Source: an uncultured Alphaproteobacteria bacterium (GTDB taxonomy: Bacteria > Pseudomonadota > Alphaproteobacteria > HIMB59 > GCA-002718135). Taken from it: DNA of 48,192 bases. Position 1 is the first letter of the stretch. Every line of letters begins with the position of its first letter. The notes under the pieces were generated by a model that worked only from the letters and a program-made list of their open reading frames with translations, ran no database searches and had not been told where the DNA came from. The stretch covers positions 124,240-172,431 of the forward strand of contig CACBQR010000001.1 of assembly GCA_902541435.1 (NCBI GenBank). Direction: 5' to 3'. Position numbers and translations under genes: made by a program. Below are positions 6,616 to 15,995 of this stretch, piece after piece.

Positions 6616-8712
6616 TTAATCAAGACTAATATTTAAAATATCAACTAAACCAATTGGATTAATTGAGTATAAAAGTAAATCGTTATATGAAATAGACTCA
6701 AAAGGATTAACACTCAACTTGAGATTTGAAGGCTTATCAATAAAATTAATAATTTTATTAATATATTCTCTATCTATTGAATTTTGCAAATTGATATCAT
6801 TATTTATTTCTTGCAAAATAAATTCAATAATTTCTTGTTTATTTAAGCCATACATCTCTTCTAAAAAAACAAATATTCTATCTGTTAAACCTTCATCTAT
6901 TAATTCAATATCAAATGAATCAAATTTAAATTCATTGGTAAAATATTCAATAAGCTCATTATCATTATTGAGATTAAGGGAGTTAAGGTCAAGATTTGAA
7001 AATATTAAATTTGAATCTATTTTAAAAGCATCATGAACAAATGTTGTAAAATTAAGATTAAATTTATTTTCTTCATAATCAATTAATGATTTTATATCAA
7101 AATCAAATATTATATTATCATAACCCAATAAATTTAAATACATATCTGTTTCAGAATCAAAGTCTGAAAAATAACTATTTTTGAAACTTAAATCTAAAGA
7201 GATTGGAAATAATAAATCTCCCATTTGAATCGTATTGTAATTAGATATTTCATAAAGTTCAGCATTTAAAGTAATATTTTCAAACTTTTCATTATGCCAA
7301 AAATTTTTAGTTGAAAATTTATCTAAGGATTTAAATATTGACAATGCAAAATCGGGATCATTGATGTCAAATACAGACATATATTGAGGTCTATTAAACT
7401 CTAAGTTTTGTATTGAAACCATCTCACCGGCTTGTTCATAATCAATTTCATTAAAATAGAAATCTGTAACTAGAATTTTATCAAATTTCATATTATCGAA
7501 ACCATTAAATTCTAATTTATTCCATTCGCCATAATAGTCTATATCATCAATTTTAACTCCATTAATTTTGAAGTAATCAAAACTAATTGTATCAAAAACA
7601 TAAAAAATATTTTCTAAACTATCAAAATAGTTAAATTCAATTAAATCTATTGAGTATAAGAAATCATAAATTAAACTTGAATTTTTTATGTTTAAATTTG
7701 AGATTTCAAAATGATCAATAAAATGTTCAATTTCATTTTCTTTTACGGTATAATTTTTAACAATAAATTTATCAAATAAATTTATATCTAATTCATTGTT
7801 TAACTTAATTTTATTAATTGCATAATAATCTAAGTTTAATATTGTGATTTCACCTATTTTAAAGACTGATATACCATCATCATATGAAATATTTTTGATA
7901 GTAAAACTATTATCATCAATAAATTCAAAAACATCATATTCTAATTCAGAATTTTCAAAAAATTCTTTAATTGTATTTTGTGATATCTCTATGTTAAAAA
8001 ATTCTTCTATAAAATTAGTATTATCATTGTTAGAATTTAAATTGTCTGAACCTACAAACTGATTGTTTGCAAATAAACCTTCTGTTACTGTTCCATCAGA
8101 AGATGTAAATTTTCCATAACCACTATATTCACCATTTTTAAATTCTCCTTCATAAAAATCACCATTTACAAAAGTAAAAACTCCGTATCCATTATAGTCA
8201 TCATCTAGAAATTGACCTTCATATATATTTCCACTAGCTAAATAAAGTATTCCAAAACCGTTTCTTTCATTGTTTTTATATTCTCCTTCATAATATTCCC
8301 CATCAGGAAAAGTATATTTTCCAAATCCATGATATTCGCCTTCTTTCCAATCACCTTCATATACACTTCCACTGCTAAATTGATAAATACCAAAACCGTC
8401 TCTTAAATCATCTTTGAAATCACCATTGTAAATATCTCCACCTGCAAAAGTATAGACACCTCTACCATTAAATAGATCATTTTTATAGCTACCAATATGA
8501 GAATCTCCGGCATCAAATATTGTATTTCCTTGGCCACTGAAATAACCATTTTCGAATTGTCCTATGTATTTATAGCCTTCACCATCCCATGTACCAAATC
8601 CATTATCACAATTACCTTTAATACAATTAGCTAATAAGTAATTAAAATTAATAAAAATTAAAATCAAAAAAATAAAAAGAGAAATATATTTTTTAATTAA
8701 GTACATTTGCAT
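6616..8712 (-). CDS. secreted MORN-repeat protein with a large acidic beta-rich C-terminal region
   Basis: Signal peptide, CIKGNCDNGFG cap, and about 7-8 tandem 23-aa Y-x-G-x-F/W-x4-G-x-G repeats. Confidence 0.85.
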   Translation of the reverse strand: MQMYLIKKYISLFIFLILIFINFNYLLANCIKGNCDNGFGTWDGEGYKYIGQFENGYFSGQGNTIFDAGDSHIGSYKNDLFNGRGVYTFAGGDIYNGDFKDDLRDGFGIYQFSSGSVYEGDWKEGEYHGFGKYTFPDGEYYEGEYKNNERNGFGILYLASGNIYEGQFLDDDYNGYGVFTFVNGDFYEGEFKNGEYSGYGKFTSSDGTVTEGLFANNQFVGSDNLNSNNDNTNFIEEFFNIEISQNTIKEFFENSELEYDVFEFIDDNSFTIKNISYDDGISVFKIGEITILNLDYYAINKIKLNNELDINLFDKFIVKNYTVKENEIEHFIDHFEISNLNIKNSSLIYDFLYSIDLIEFNYFDSLENIFYVFDTISFDYFKINGVKIDDIDYYGEWNKLEFNGFDNMKFDKILVTDFYFNEIDYEQAGEMVSIQNLEFNRPQYMSVFDINDPDFALSIFKSLDKFSTKNFWHNEKFENITLNAELYEISNYNTIQMGDLLFPISLDLSFKNSYFSDFDSETDMYLNLLGYDNIIFDFDIKSLIDYEENKFNLNFTTFVHDAFKIDSNLIFSNLDLNSLNLNNDNELIEYFTNEFKFDSFDIELIDEGLTDRIFVFLEEMYGLNKQEIIEFILQEINNDINLQNSIDREYINKIINFIDKPSNLKLSVNPFESISYNDLLLYSINPIGLVDILNISLD

Positions 8713-9286
8713 TTTCTAACACCGTCCTTCTAGGAGTCCAAGATTTTTGATTAGCATTTCTAATTAAATCTATTACAAATTGAGGATCAATTTTTCTTTC
8801 AATAAATAATGATAACATATTAATTATGTCTTCTCTTGTATTATTATCAATGAAAATTATGTACTCAGCTAAACCACCGAAATATTCATAATCTTTATTA
8901 TCAATGATATCTTGTAAAAATTCTTTTTCGTAAGAAACAATTTCAAACGTTATATTAGACCCCTTTTCCATTGTTCTTTTTTTACCAGAGATAAAAGCAT
9001 ATAAGCAAGCATCCCAACAAGTATTAATTATATGTGTGTCTAAATCAAAATCAATTATTACATCAGAAAATTCTATAGCATCACTTTCTCGTTCAAACCA
9101 AACATCATCAAAAATAATTCTTTTAATTTCATTATCTGACAAAATTTCTATAAAATCATATGTATAATCATCTGTAAGTTTACCTGTTAAAGTTAAATCA
9201 TTTGAATTAATTTTGTAATCCAATCCATATGTGGTTTTAGTTATGAAAAAAAAACTTATAAAAATTAAGAATAAGTATCTATTCAT
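8693..9286 (-). CDS. exported ClpP/crotonase-like (COG3904-like) protein, degenerate active site
   Basis: Signal peptide. Paralogous to 9279..10151 (DTH...C..AC...GKK.T.EKG...DP.F.I...W.PRR..L), but lacks the SxGG, Ser and GFH motifs. Confidence 0.7.
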   Translation of the reverse strand: MNRYLFLIFISFFFITKTTYGLDYKINSNDLTLTGKLTDDYTYDFIEILSDNEIKRIIFDDVWFERESDAIEFSDVIIDFDLDTHIINTCWDACLYAFISGKKRTMEKGSNITFEIVSYEKEFLQDIIDNKDYEYFGGLAEYIIFIDNNTREDIINMLSLFIERKIDPQFVIDLIRNANQKSWTPRRTVLENANVLN

Positions 9287-10151
9287 TGATAAAATTTGAG
9301 TTTAACAATTCTGATCTTCTAGGGTACCACATTCCATCTGATTCAGCTCTTAAAGTTTTAATTGCAAATAATGGATCAACTCCTCTTTCAAGTAAAAATT
9401 GAAGCTGTCTAAATACATCTTCTTGTGTATCATCTACTAACCAAGACATAAAGTCAAATTCATCTTCATAATTATCAATGTAATATTGATAGTAATCTTT
9501 TATATCATCTGCTTCCCAATAACTTCTATGGAAACCAATTTTATAGCCTTTTTCAAGTGTTTTTTTATTTCCAGCCAGTAATATAGTTGCACACATACTA
9601 TAACAATCAAAAGCATGAGTATCAATGTTATAATCAATTATTAAATCTGCAATATTAAATGCTTCATCAACTAACCCACCTTTACTTTTAAGTATGAGTT
9701 TATTAATATTTTTATTTTCTTTTAATATAATTTTGAATTCCTCATATAATCCTGTTTCAATCAGACCTTCTAAAATTAAATTATTGCCTTCTACATAGAG
9801 ATTATAAAGTTCATTTTGCTTAACATCATCATTATAATTAATATTGTCATTTTCTTCATGCTTAGGATTATTAGAAAAATATTGTGGAAATTTTATTAAA
9901 ATTTCTTCATCTAAAAGATTAAAATATTCAGAGGAATAAATTTCAATATCTTTATTTAATAATTCTAATTGAAATTCTAATGCATGATTTGTCATTTCTT
10001 CGTTTTCACCAAACCATTTATTTTTTTCGTTCCAATCTTCAAAATTTTCAATATTACTTGAATTGATGGCAATAGGAGAGATGATGATTATTAAAAATAT
10101 TAATATTCTTATCATAAAGAAAATATATACATATCTGTAAATAATTAACAA
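9279..10151 (-). CDS. exported ClpP/crotonase-like (COG3904-like) protein
   Basis: Signal peptide, LKSKGG, CYSMC and IGFH motifs. The start may be the second Met (MIRILIF). Confidence 0.75.
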   Translation of the reverse strand: MLIIYRYVYIFFMIRILIFLIIIISPIAINSSNIENFEDWNEKNKWFGENEEMTNHALEFQLELLNKDIEIYSSEYFNLLDEEILIKFPQYFSNNPKHEENDNINYNDDVKQNELYNLYVEGNNLILEGLIETGLYEEFKIILKENKNINKLILKSKGGLVDEAFNIADLIIDYNIDTHAFDCYSMCATILLAGNKKTLEKGYKIGFHRSYWEADDIKDYYQYYIDNYEDEFDFMSWLVDDTQEDVFRQLQFLLERGVDPLFAIKTLRAESDGMWYPRRSELLNSNFINE

Positions 10152-10165
10152 ATAAAATACTTAAA

Positions 10166-10876
10166 TTATGTAAAATCTCTAAGAGACTTGTTTAGGGAAA
10201 TATAAGAAAAATAACCCGTACAAATCAACCAAATAATTAATACTATTGTGTCATTTATTATTAAATTTATTTCAGATTTTGTAACAAGTCTTAAAGTTGT
10301 TGCAGACCATATTACTGTAAAAAAAATAGTTAAATTTCGATAAGATTTAACTCGTAATGGATGAACAAACTTAAAAGGGATAAAAGTCAATACAGATAAA
10401 ATAATTATGACTATAAGGTTTATCCAAGTATTTGAATTTAATATGAAAAAATATAAAACTACAATATTCCAAATTGCAGGGAAGCCTCTAAAATAATAAT
10501 CATCAGTTTTCATATTAACATTAATAAAAGTGTACAAAGAAACAGCAAATATTATAGCAGGCATAATAATTTCAAAACCACTTGGCACTAATTGAAACCA
10601 ATAAATCATTAAAGCTGGATTTATTACATAGTTAAGATAATCAACAATACTGTCTAAAATTATTCCATCTAAATTTGGTGCTTTCTCTTCAACACCTACT
10701 CTTCTTGCTAATGTACCGTCTATTCCATCAACAAGCAATGCTAACCCTAACCATAAAAAAGCTCCAGTTTGATCATTATTTAATATTGATATTAAGGCAA
10801 GAAAACCAAGTATAGCTCCAGAACCTGTAAAGGCATGAACACCCCATGCAGATATTTGATCTTTATTAACTTTCAT
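10166..10876 (-). CDS. pcs: phosphatidylcholine synthase
   Basis: AWGVHAFTGSG start, CDP-alcohol phosphotransferase motif DGIDGTLAR...DGIILDSIVDY, F.GFPAIWN and FVHPLRV. Confidence 0.88.
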   Translation of the reverse strand: MKVNKDQISAWGVHAFTGSGAILGFLALISILNNDQTGAFLWLGLALLVDGIDGTLARRVGVEEKAPNLDGIILDSIVDYLNYVINPALMIYWFQLVPSGFEIIMPAIIFAVSLYTFINVNMKTDDYYFRGFPAIWNIVVLYFFILNSNTWINLIVIIILSVLTFIPFKFVHPLRVKSYRNLTIFFTVIWSATTLRLVTKSEINLIINDTIVLIIWLICTGYFSYISLNKSLRDFT

Positions 10877-10971
10877 AAAATGTTTAATCCTTTATCATTA
10901 AAAACAGAGAAAATAAAATTTTTGAAAAAAATAAGGAAAAATTAAGATTTTATGAGATTATAAATTTATAT

Positions 10972-11350
10972 TTATAATAAATTTATTATATCATTATCGC
11001 CTTCAGCAAAATTATAATTTTTAAATTCATTTTTTGTAACCCATGCTGAGTCCTCATGTTCATTTAAATAAATTTCACCACTAACATGAGAGCATATAAA
11101 ATAATGTAATTTTACATTTATTTTGTCATCTTTATAGTATTCTTCACCTAATTTATTTTTTATATTTATTTCTATATTAAGTTCTTCTTTTAATTCTCTT
11201 TTAAGTGCTATTTCAAAGCTTTCACCTTTCTCTACTTTTCCTCCGGGGAAACTCCCAACTTAAGCCCATATGCTTATCTCTATTTCTTTGAGCAATAAAA
11301 AATTTATTATCTTTTATAATAATCGCAGCAACAACATCGAATTTATACAT
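10972..11350 (-). pseudogene. mutT: MutT/NudG-family Nudix hydrolase interrupted by a +1 frameshift
   Basis: Not in the ORF track. MYKFDVVAAII...WEFP, then an extra C (GGGG at 11245-11248 on +), then GGKVEKGESFEIALKRELKEELNI (Nudix box) to TAA at 10972. The span is 379 nt = 126 codons + 1. Confidence 0.85.
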
Positions 11351-12828
11351 TAATTGGTATTATCACGAATAAACTGATTTGCTTTTTTTATTATATGATT
11401 CTTCCTCTCTGTATTCATCTTATCATAAATATTAACCATCATATTTAAACGTGGATTAGATTGAAAAAATTTTCTATTTTTATGAATAAAACGCCAATAT
11501 AATCCATCCATAATATCATTCCAATTACCTCTTTTAAAATTCATCATTTTCATAAAATAACTTGAGCCACAAATATAAGGTTTAGTGCTAAATATACCAC
11601 CTTCACTAAACAAACCCATACCGTAAACATTAGGTGACATTACCCAATCTGAGCTATCAACAAACATTTCCATAAACCATTTATAAACTTCATTAGGCTT
11701 AATTTCACATAAATTCATTATGTTACACAAAATCATTAATCTCTCAATATGATGGGTATATCCATATTTTTGAGCATTTTTAATTGAATGATCTAAAGGA
11801 TCTAAACCGGTGGTGCCATCATACCATTTATTCGTAAGAGAGTTTTTATGCTTAAAAAAATTATTTTCTTCTAATTGTTGATCATAATTTTGATAAATTC
11901 CTCTAATGAATTCTCTCCATCCAATGATTTGTCTAATATAACCCTCATAAGAATTGATTTTAATTTTATTTTCAACTTTTTTAATTTTCTCAATGATAAG
12001 TTCTGGTGTTAACAAACCTAAATTAATCATTGGGCTAAGCGCACTGTGGAATAAAAAATTATTATTGGTGTCAACAGCATCTTCATAATCACCAAATAAA
12101 TTAAATTTTTTAATAATAAAATAATCTAACCATTTAACCGCATCATCATATGTTGTAGGTAGCCAAAAATTATCAACTTCACCGGGATGATTTTTAAAAA
12201 TTTTATTTATTTGTTGTTTTAAAGCTCTTGTATGCTTTGTTTCTTTTGCAGTAATCATTTCCGGTACTTTGATACCATTAGGAAGTTTTTTTCTATTATC
12301 TTCATCAAAACTCCACTTTCCACCTTTAGGTTTATTATTTTCCATTAAGATATCTATTTTAGTACGAGCAATTTTATAAAAATTTGCCATAAAAGGTTTT
12401 TTTGTTTTACTTAAATAACTTTTAAACTCCTCTCTTGAGTTCAAAAACATAGGTGATTGAATAAAAGTCAGTTTAATTTTATTTTTTTTACATAATGTAC
12501 TTATTTTTTTTTCAAAAAATTTATCTTCAATTTCAAATGAAGTTAATTCTTTGTAATTATTTTTTTTTATAAAATTTTCTAATTTTTTTTCGTAAGATAT
12601 TTTAAAATCCTTATCTAAATCAATATAATTTACCTTAAACTTATTTTTTTTTAATTCATCAGCATAAGATCTCATTGAGGATAAGAAAAGAATTAGTTTT
12701 AATTTATGGTGTTTTTGAAAAGTGCAAAGATCGAAACTTTCACACATAAAAAAAGTTGAATCTTTATGTTTGCTTAGGTATTTTTGAGGGAATAATTGAT
12801 TTCCTAGAATTAAAAATAAACTTTTCAT
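11350..12828 (-). CDS. cryptochrome/photolyase family protein (PhrB/CryB-related bacterial (6-4) photolyase type, lacking FeS cysteines)
   Basis: LILGNQLF, HHKLKL, GGKWSFDEDNRK, LFHSALS, RQIIGWREF, HHIERLM, DWVM.PNVYGM and TKPY motifs. Confidence 0.9.
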   Translation of the reverse strand: MKSLFLILGNQLFPQKYLSKHKDSTFFMCESFDLCTFQKHHKLKLILFLSSMRSYADELKKNKFKVNYIDLDKDFKISYEKKLENFIKKNNYKELTSFEIEDKFFEKKISTLCKKNKIKLTFIQSPMFLNSREEFKSYLSKTKKPFMANFYKIARTKIDILMENNKPKGGKWSFDEDNRKKLPNGIKVPEMITAKETKHTRALKQQINKIFKNHPGEVDNFWLPTTYDDAVKWLDYFIIKKFNLFGDYEDAVDTNNNFLFHSALSPMINLGLLTPELIIEKIKKVENKIKINSYEGYIRQIIGWREFIRGIYQNYDQQLEENNFFKHKNSLTNKWYDGTTGLDPLDHSIKNAQKYGYTHHIERLMILCNIMNLCEIKPNEVYKWFMEMFVDSSDWVMSPNVYGMGLFSEGGIFSTKPYICGSSYFMKMMNFKRGNWNDIMDGLYWRFIHKNRKFFQSNPRLNMMVNIYDKMNTERKNHIIKKANQFIRDNTN

Positions 12829-12923
12829 GGATATTTAAATAGTAAGTTATTATAAAATTTATATGATTTATTAAATTTAATTACTTATTTTAGACAATTT
12901 TTAATTATAATGACTGACAAATA

Positions 12924-13433
12924 ATGATCAAATTAATAAAATTATTAGTAATTCCCTCAATTATTATTTTTGCACTAATTTCATGTAATACCACATCTCC
13001 AAATAAGGTAAAAAAATCTGATGCACAAAAAGTAACTAATATTGAATATGGAACAATCAAAACATCTCTTCCAGTAAAAATTGAAGGTGAAAGTGATTGG
13101 ATTGGAGCAACTGCTGGAGCAATGATAGGAGGTCTTTTAGCATCTCAAATATGTGGAGAAAAAGAAATTTTAGGAACTAAGTGTCAAGATATTGCTTTAG
13201 TGTATGGTACTATTGGAGGAGCTGCAATGGGCTCAGTAATACAAGCTAAAATTGGTAATCATGATGGCTTTCAATATATAGTGAATATTGATGAATGCGG
13301 TAATGACATTTCTAATTGCCAAAATGATCAAGAAAAAGCTTTTGTACAAGGAGATGATAATGCTCTTCCAAATGGTCAAAGAGTTGTAATTATTTATGGA
13401 GATGTAATAAGAGTTATGCCTTATGAAGAATAG
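12924..13433 (+). CDS. outer-membrane lipoprotein, SlyB/Pcp-like glycine zipper
   Basis: Lipobox LISC and glycine-zipper helices GATAGAMIGG and GTIGGAAMG. Confidence 0.8.
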   Translation: MIKLIKLLVIPSIIIFALISCNTTSPNKVKKSDAQKVTNIEYGTIKTSLPVKIEGESDWIGATAGAMIGGLLASQICGEKEILGTKCQDIALVYGTIGGAAMGSVIQAKIGNHDGFQYIVNIDECGNDISNCQNDQEKAFVQGDDNALPNGQRVVIIYGDVIRVMPYEE

Positions 13434-13451
13434 TTTTAACTATAACTAGAT

Positions 13452-13535
13452 ATGAACAAGAAAAATTTGTATGCAGCTATTGGTATTGTATTTATCTTTG
13501 CTGCTTTAAATTTAACTATATATTTTTTCTATTAA
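13452..13535 (+). CDS. candidate 27-aa single-TM small protein
   Basis: Not in the ORF track. MNKKNLYAAIGIVFIFAALNLTIYFFY fills the gap between co-directional genes and stops 3 nt before the next ATG. Confidence 0.5.
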   Translation: MNKKNLYAAIGIVFIFAALNLTIYFFY

Positions 13536-13538
13536 ATT

Positions 13539-13745
13539 ATGGTTATCAGAAGAAAATCTAGTATTTATAAAAAATTATATGAAATAAATGGTCAAAAAAT
13601 GATGTTCGGTCACGATAATATACATTTTAAAACAATTAACTTACCAGCAAAACAGAGATACAAAAATCTATGCAGTAAATTTGGTTTAAAAAAATTAAAT
13701 CTTCAAGTAAAAAAAATTTTCAAATATTCAACATTAATTAAGTGA
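13539..13745 (+). CDS. hypothetical basic 68-aa protein
   Basis: Its stop overlaps the next start (GTGA), which suggests translational coupling. Confidence 0.5.
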   Translation: MVIRRKSSIYKKLYEINGQKMMFGHDNIHFKTINLPAKQRYKNLCSKFGLKKLNLQVKKIFKYSTLIK

Positions 13746-14719
13746 AAAATATTGCAATAATTGGAGCTGGGATGACTGGCTTATCTCTTGCTTATAATCT
13801 TCAAGAACATAATATTACAATTTTTGATAAATCATGGAGACCAGGAGGAAGAGTTTCTACTAGAAAGCATGATAATTATTTTTTTGATCATGGCGCACAT
13901 TATCTATCGACAAATCATTCTGTAAATCAATTAAATGAAGTAATAAGTAGATATAACTTGGGACAAGTAATAGAAATAGATTTTGCAACAGATTATTTAA
14001 ATAATAAAAAGACTAGAAAAAAAATTATTATTGGTCAAAATGGAATGAATTCTATTCCAAAAGCTATTTTTGATAATATTAAAGTAAAAAGTTATTTAAG
14101 TTCAAAAATAATTAGAATTTCAAAAAATAGTAATGATCTCTTCTCACTATTTTCTGAAAAGGAAGAATTTAAAGATTTTGATTATGTTTTAATGTGTATA
14201 CCTTATTTACAATCTAAAGAACTTTCAAAAAACTTGATTGATTTTACCAAGATTATTAGTGAGCCATCTTATGATCCCATACATACTGTAATGTTATGCT
14301 ATAAAGATAATATTAACATTGATATTAAAGCTGGATTAAATCTTCATAAAGATATTAGTTTTTTTATGAATCAAAATATCAAATTTAATGAATTATCACA
14401 TGATTGTTGGGTATTAAATATGAGTTCTGAATATACAAAAAATAATATTGATATAAACATGGATGCACTAGAAAAATATGCTCAATCAATATTTGAAGAA
14501 ACATTTGATATAAAGAATAAAATAAGTTTTATTAAATCACACAGGTGGTTATATGCACAAACAAAATTGAGTTACAATACTATCTCAAAAAAAAATTGGA
14601 TTAATTCTAAAGATAATAAAATATTTTTAAGTGGAGACTGGGTTTTAGGAAAAAGTCTAAGTGATGCCTGGGATGCAGGTGAAAAATTATCTCATTATAT
14701 TAAGATTTTATCTGTTTGA
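13742..14719 (+). CDS. renalase-like FAD/NAD(P)-dependent oxidoreductase (COG3380)
   Basis: IIGAGMTG, GGRVSTR, FDHGAHY, HRWLYA and GDW motifs. Confidence 0.88.
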   Translation: MKNIAIIGAGMTGLSLAYNLQEHNITIFDKSWRPGGRVSTRKHDNYFFDHGAHYLSTNHSVNQLNEVISRYNLGQVIEIDFATDYLNNKKTRKKIIIGQNGMNSIPKAIFDNIKVKSYLSSKIIRISKNSNDLFSLFSEKEEFKDFDYVLMCIPYLQSKELSKNLIDFTKIISEPSYDPIHTVMLCYKDNINIDIKAGLNLHKDISFFMNQNIKFNELSHDCWVLNMSSEYTKNNIDINMDALEKYAQSIFEETFDIKNKISFIKSHRWLYAQTKLSYNTISKKNWINSKDNKIFLSGDWVLGKSLSDAWDAGEKLSHYIKILSV

Positions 14720-14721
14720 TA

Positions 14722-15912
14722 TTAAATATTAAAATATCTTTTAATATTTTTAGCTGCTTGTCTTATTCTTTGAGTATTTTCTACTAGACCAATACGAACA
14801 AAACCCTCCCCTCCTTTTCCAAAAGCCAAACCAGGCGCTACTGCAACATCAGCGTTTATCATTAAATTTTTCGCAAACTTCATAGAACCCATTTTTTTAT
14901 ATTTTTTTGGTAAAGGGGCCCATACAAACATTGATGCCTCAGGCTCTGGAATTTCATCCCAACCAGCCCTTTCAAAAGATTCTATTAAAACATCTCTTCT
15001 TTTTTTATAAGTCTCTCTTATTTCTTCTACACATCTTTGAGATCCATTTAAAGCAGCAGTGGCTGCTACTTGCACAGGAGTAAAAGCACCATAGTCTACA
15101 TATGATTTAATTTTTGTTAATGCTTCAATTAATGTTTTGTTTCCAACAGCAAAACCTATTCTCCATCCTGCCATTGCATAAGTTTTAGATAAAGTCGTAA
15201 ATTCAACAGCTATGTTCTTAGCTCCATTAACTTCTAATATTGATGGAGGTGGATTTTTACCAAAATAAATTTCAGAATAAGCTAAATCAGATAAAATATA
15301 AACTTGATATTTTTTTGCAATTTTTACTAATTCTTTATAAAAATCTAAATCAACTATCTGAGCTGTTGGATTAGAAGGAAAAGAAACAATAATAACTTTT
15401 ATTGAAGAGTATTTTTTTAAATTATTAACAATATTTGATAAAAATTTGTTTCTATCGAAGTTTCCATTATAAAATGTTCTTAAAGGAGTTAATTTTGCTC
15501 CGGCAATCATAAAACCATATGGATGAACAGGGTATGATGGATCAGGGCATAATATCCTGTCTCCTCTTGAAGTTATAGCTTGTGCTAAATTTGCTAAACC
15601 TTCCTTTGAACCAATTGTTACTATAATTTCACTTGATGGATTTAAATCAACATTAAATCGTTTTTTATAATATTTAGCTTGAGCTTTTCTTAATCCATTA
15701 ATGCCTTTTGAAACTGAATAACGTCCAACACCTGGTTTATCTATAACTTCTTTTAATTTCTGTCTTATGTGAAGAGGTGTTGGCATATCAGGATTGCCCA
15801 TGCCAAAATCAATAATATCCCTACCTTCTGATCTTAGTTTCATTTTCAATGAATTTATCTCCCCAAATATATATGGGGGAAGTCTATTAATTCTTTCAAA
15901 TTTAGATTTCAC
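14722..15912 (-). CDS. alaC: PLP-dependent class I/II aminotransferase, AlaC-like (often annotated LL-DAP aminotransferase)
   Basis: RLPPYIF, IIDFGMGNPD, VTIGSKEGLA, FPSNPTA, DLAY, LSKTYAMAGWRIG and IKSYVDYG closely follow AlaC. Confidence 0.85.
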   Translation of the reverse strand: MKSKFERINRLPPYIFGEINSLKMKLRSEGRDIIDFGMGNPDMPTPLHIRQKLKEVIDKPGVGRYSVSKGINGLRKAQAKYYKKRFNVDLNPSSEIIVTIGSKEGLANLAQAITSRGDRILCPDPSYPVHPYGFMIAGAKLTPLRTFYNGNFDRNKFLSNIVNNLKKYSSIKVIIVSFPSNPTAQIVDLDFYKELVKIAKKYQVYILSDLAYSEIYFGKNPPPSILEVNGAKNIAVEFTTLSKTYAMAGWRIGFAVGNKTLIEALTKIKSYVDYGAFTPVQVAATAALNGSQRCVEEIRETYKKRRDVLIESFERAGWDEIPEPEASMFVWAPLPKKYKKMGSMKFAKNLMINADVAVAPGLAFGKGGEGFVRIGLVENTQRIRQAAKNIKRYFNI

Positions 15913-15995
15913 TTTTTAAGCAATAATTAATTATTGATAATAATACTAGTTTAAATAAAATTGATTTTTAATAATATTATTCCTATTTTTATATT

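Noticed and set aside
4549-8062. Short ORFs 4549..4758 (-), 6719..7036 (+) and 7844..8062 (+)
   Set aside because: They are fully nested in, or antisense to, well-supported genes and show no motifs, so they are shadow ORFs.
8050-8620. 69-nt periodicity considered as a DNA repeat array
   Set aside because: It is explained by the 23-aa MORN protein repeats, and the nucleotide copies are highly diverged.
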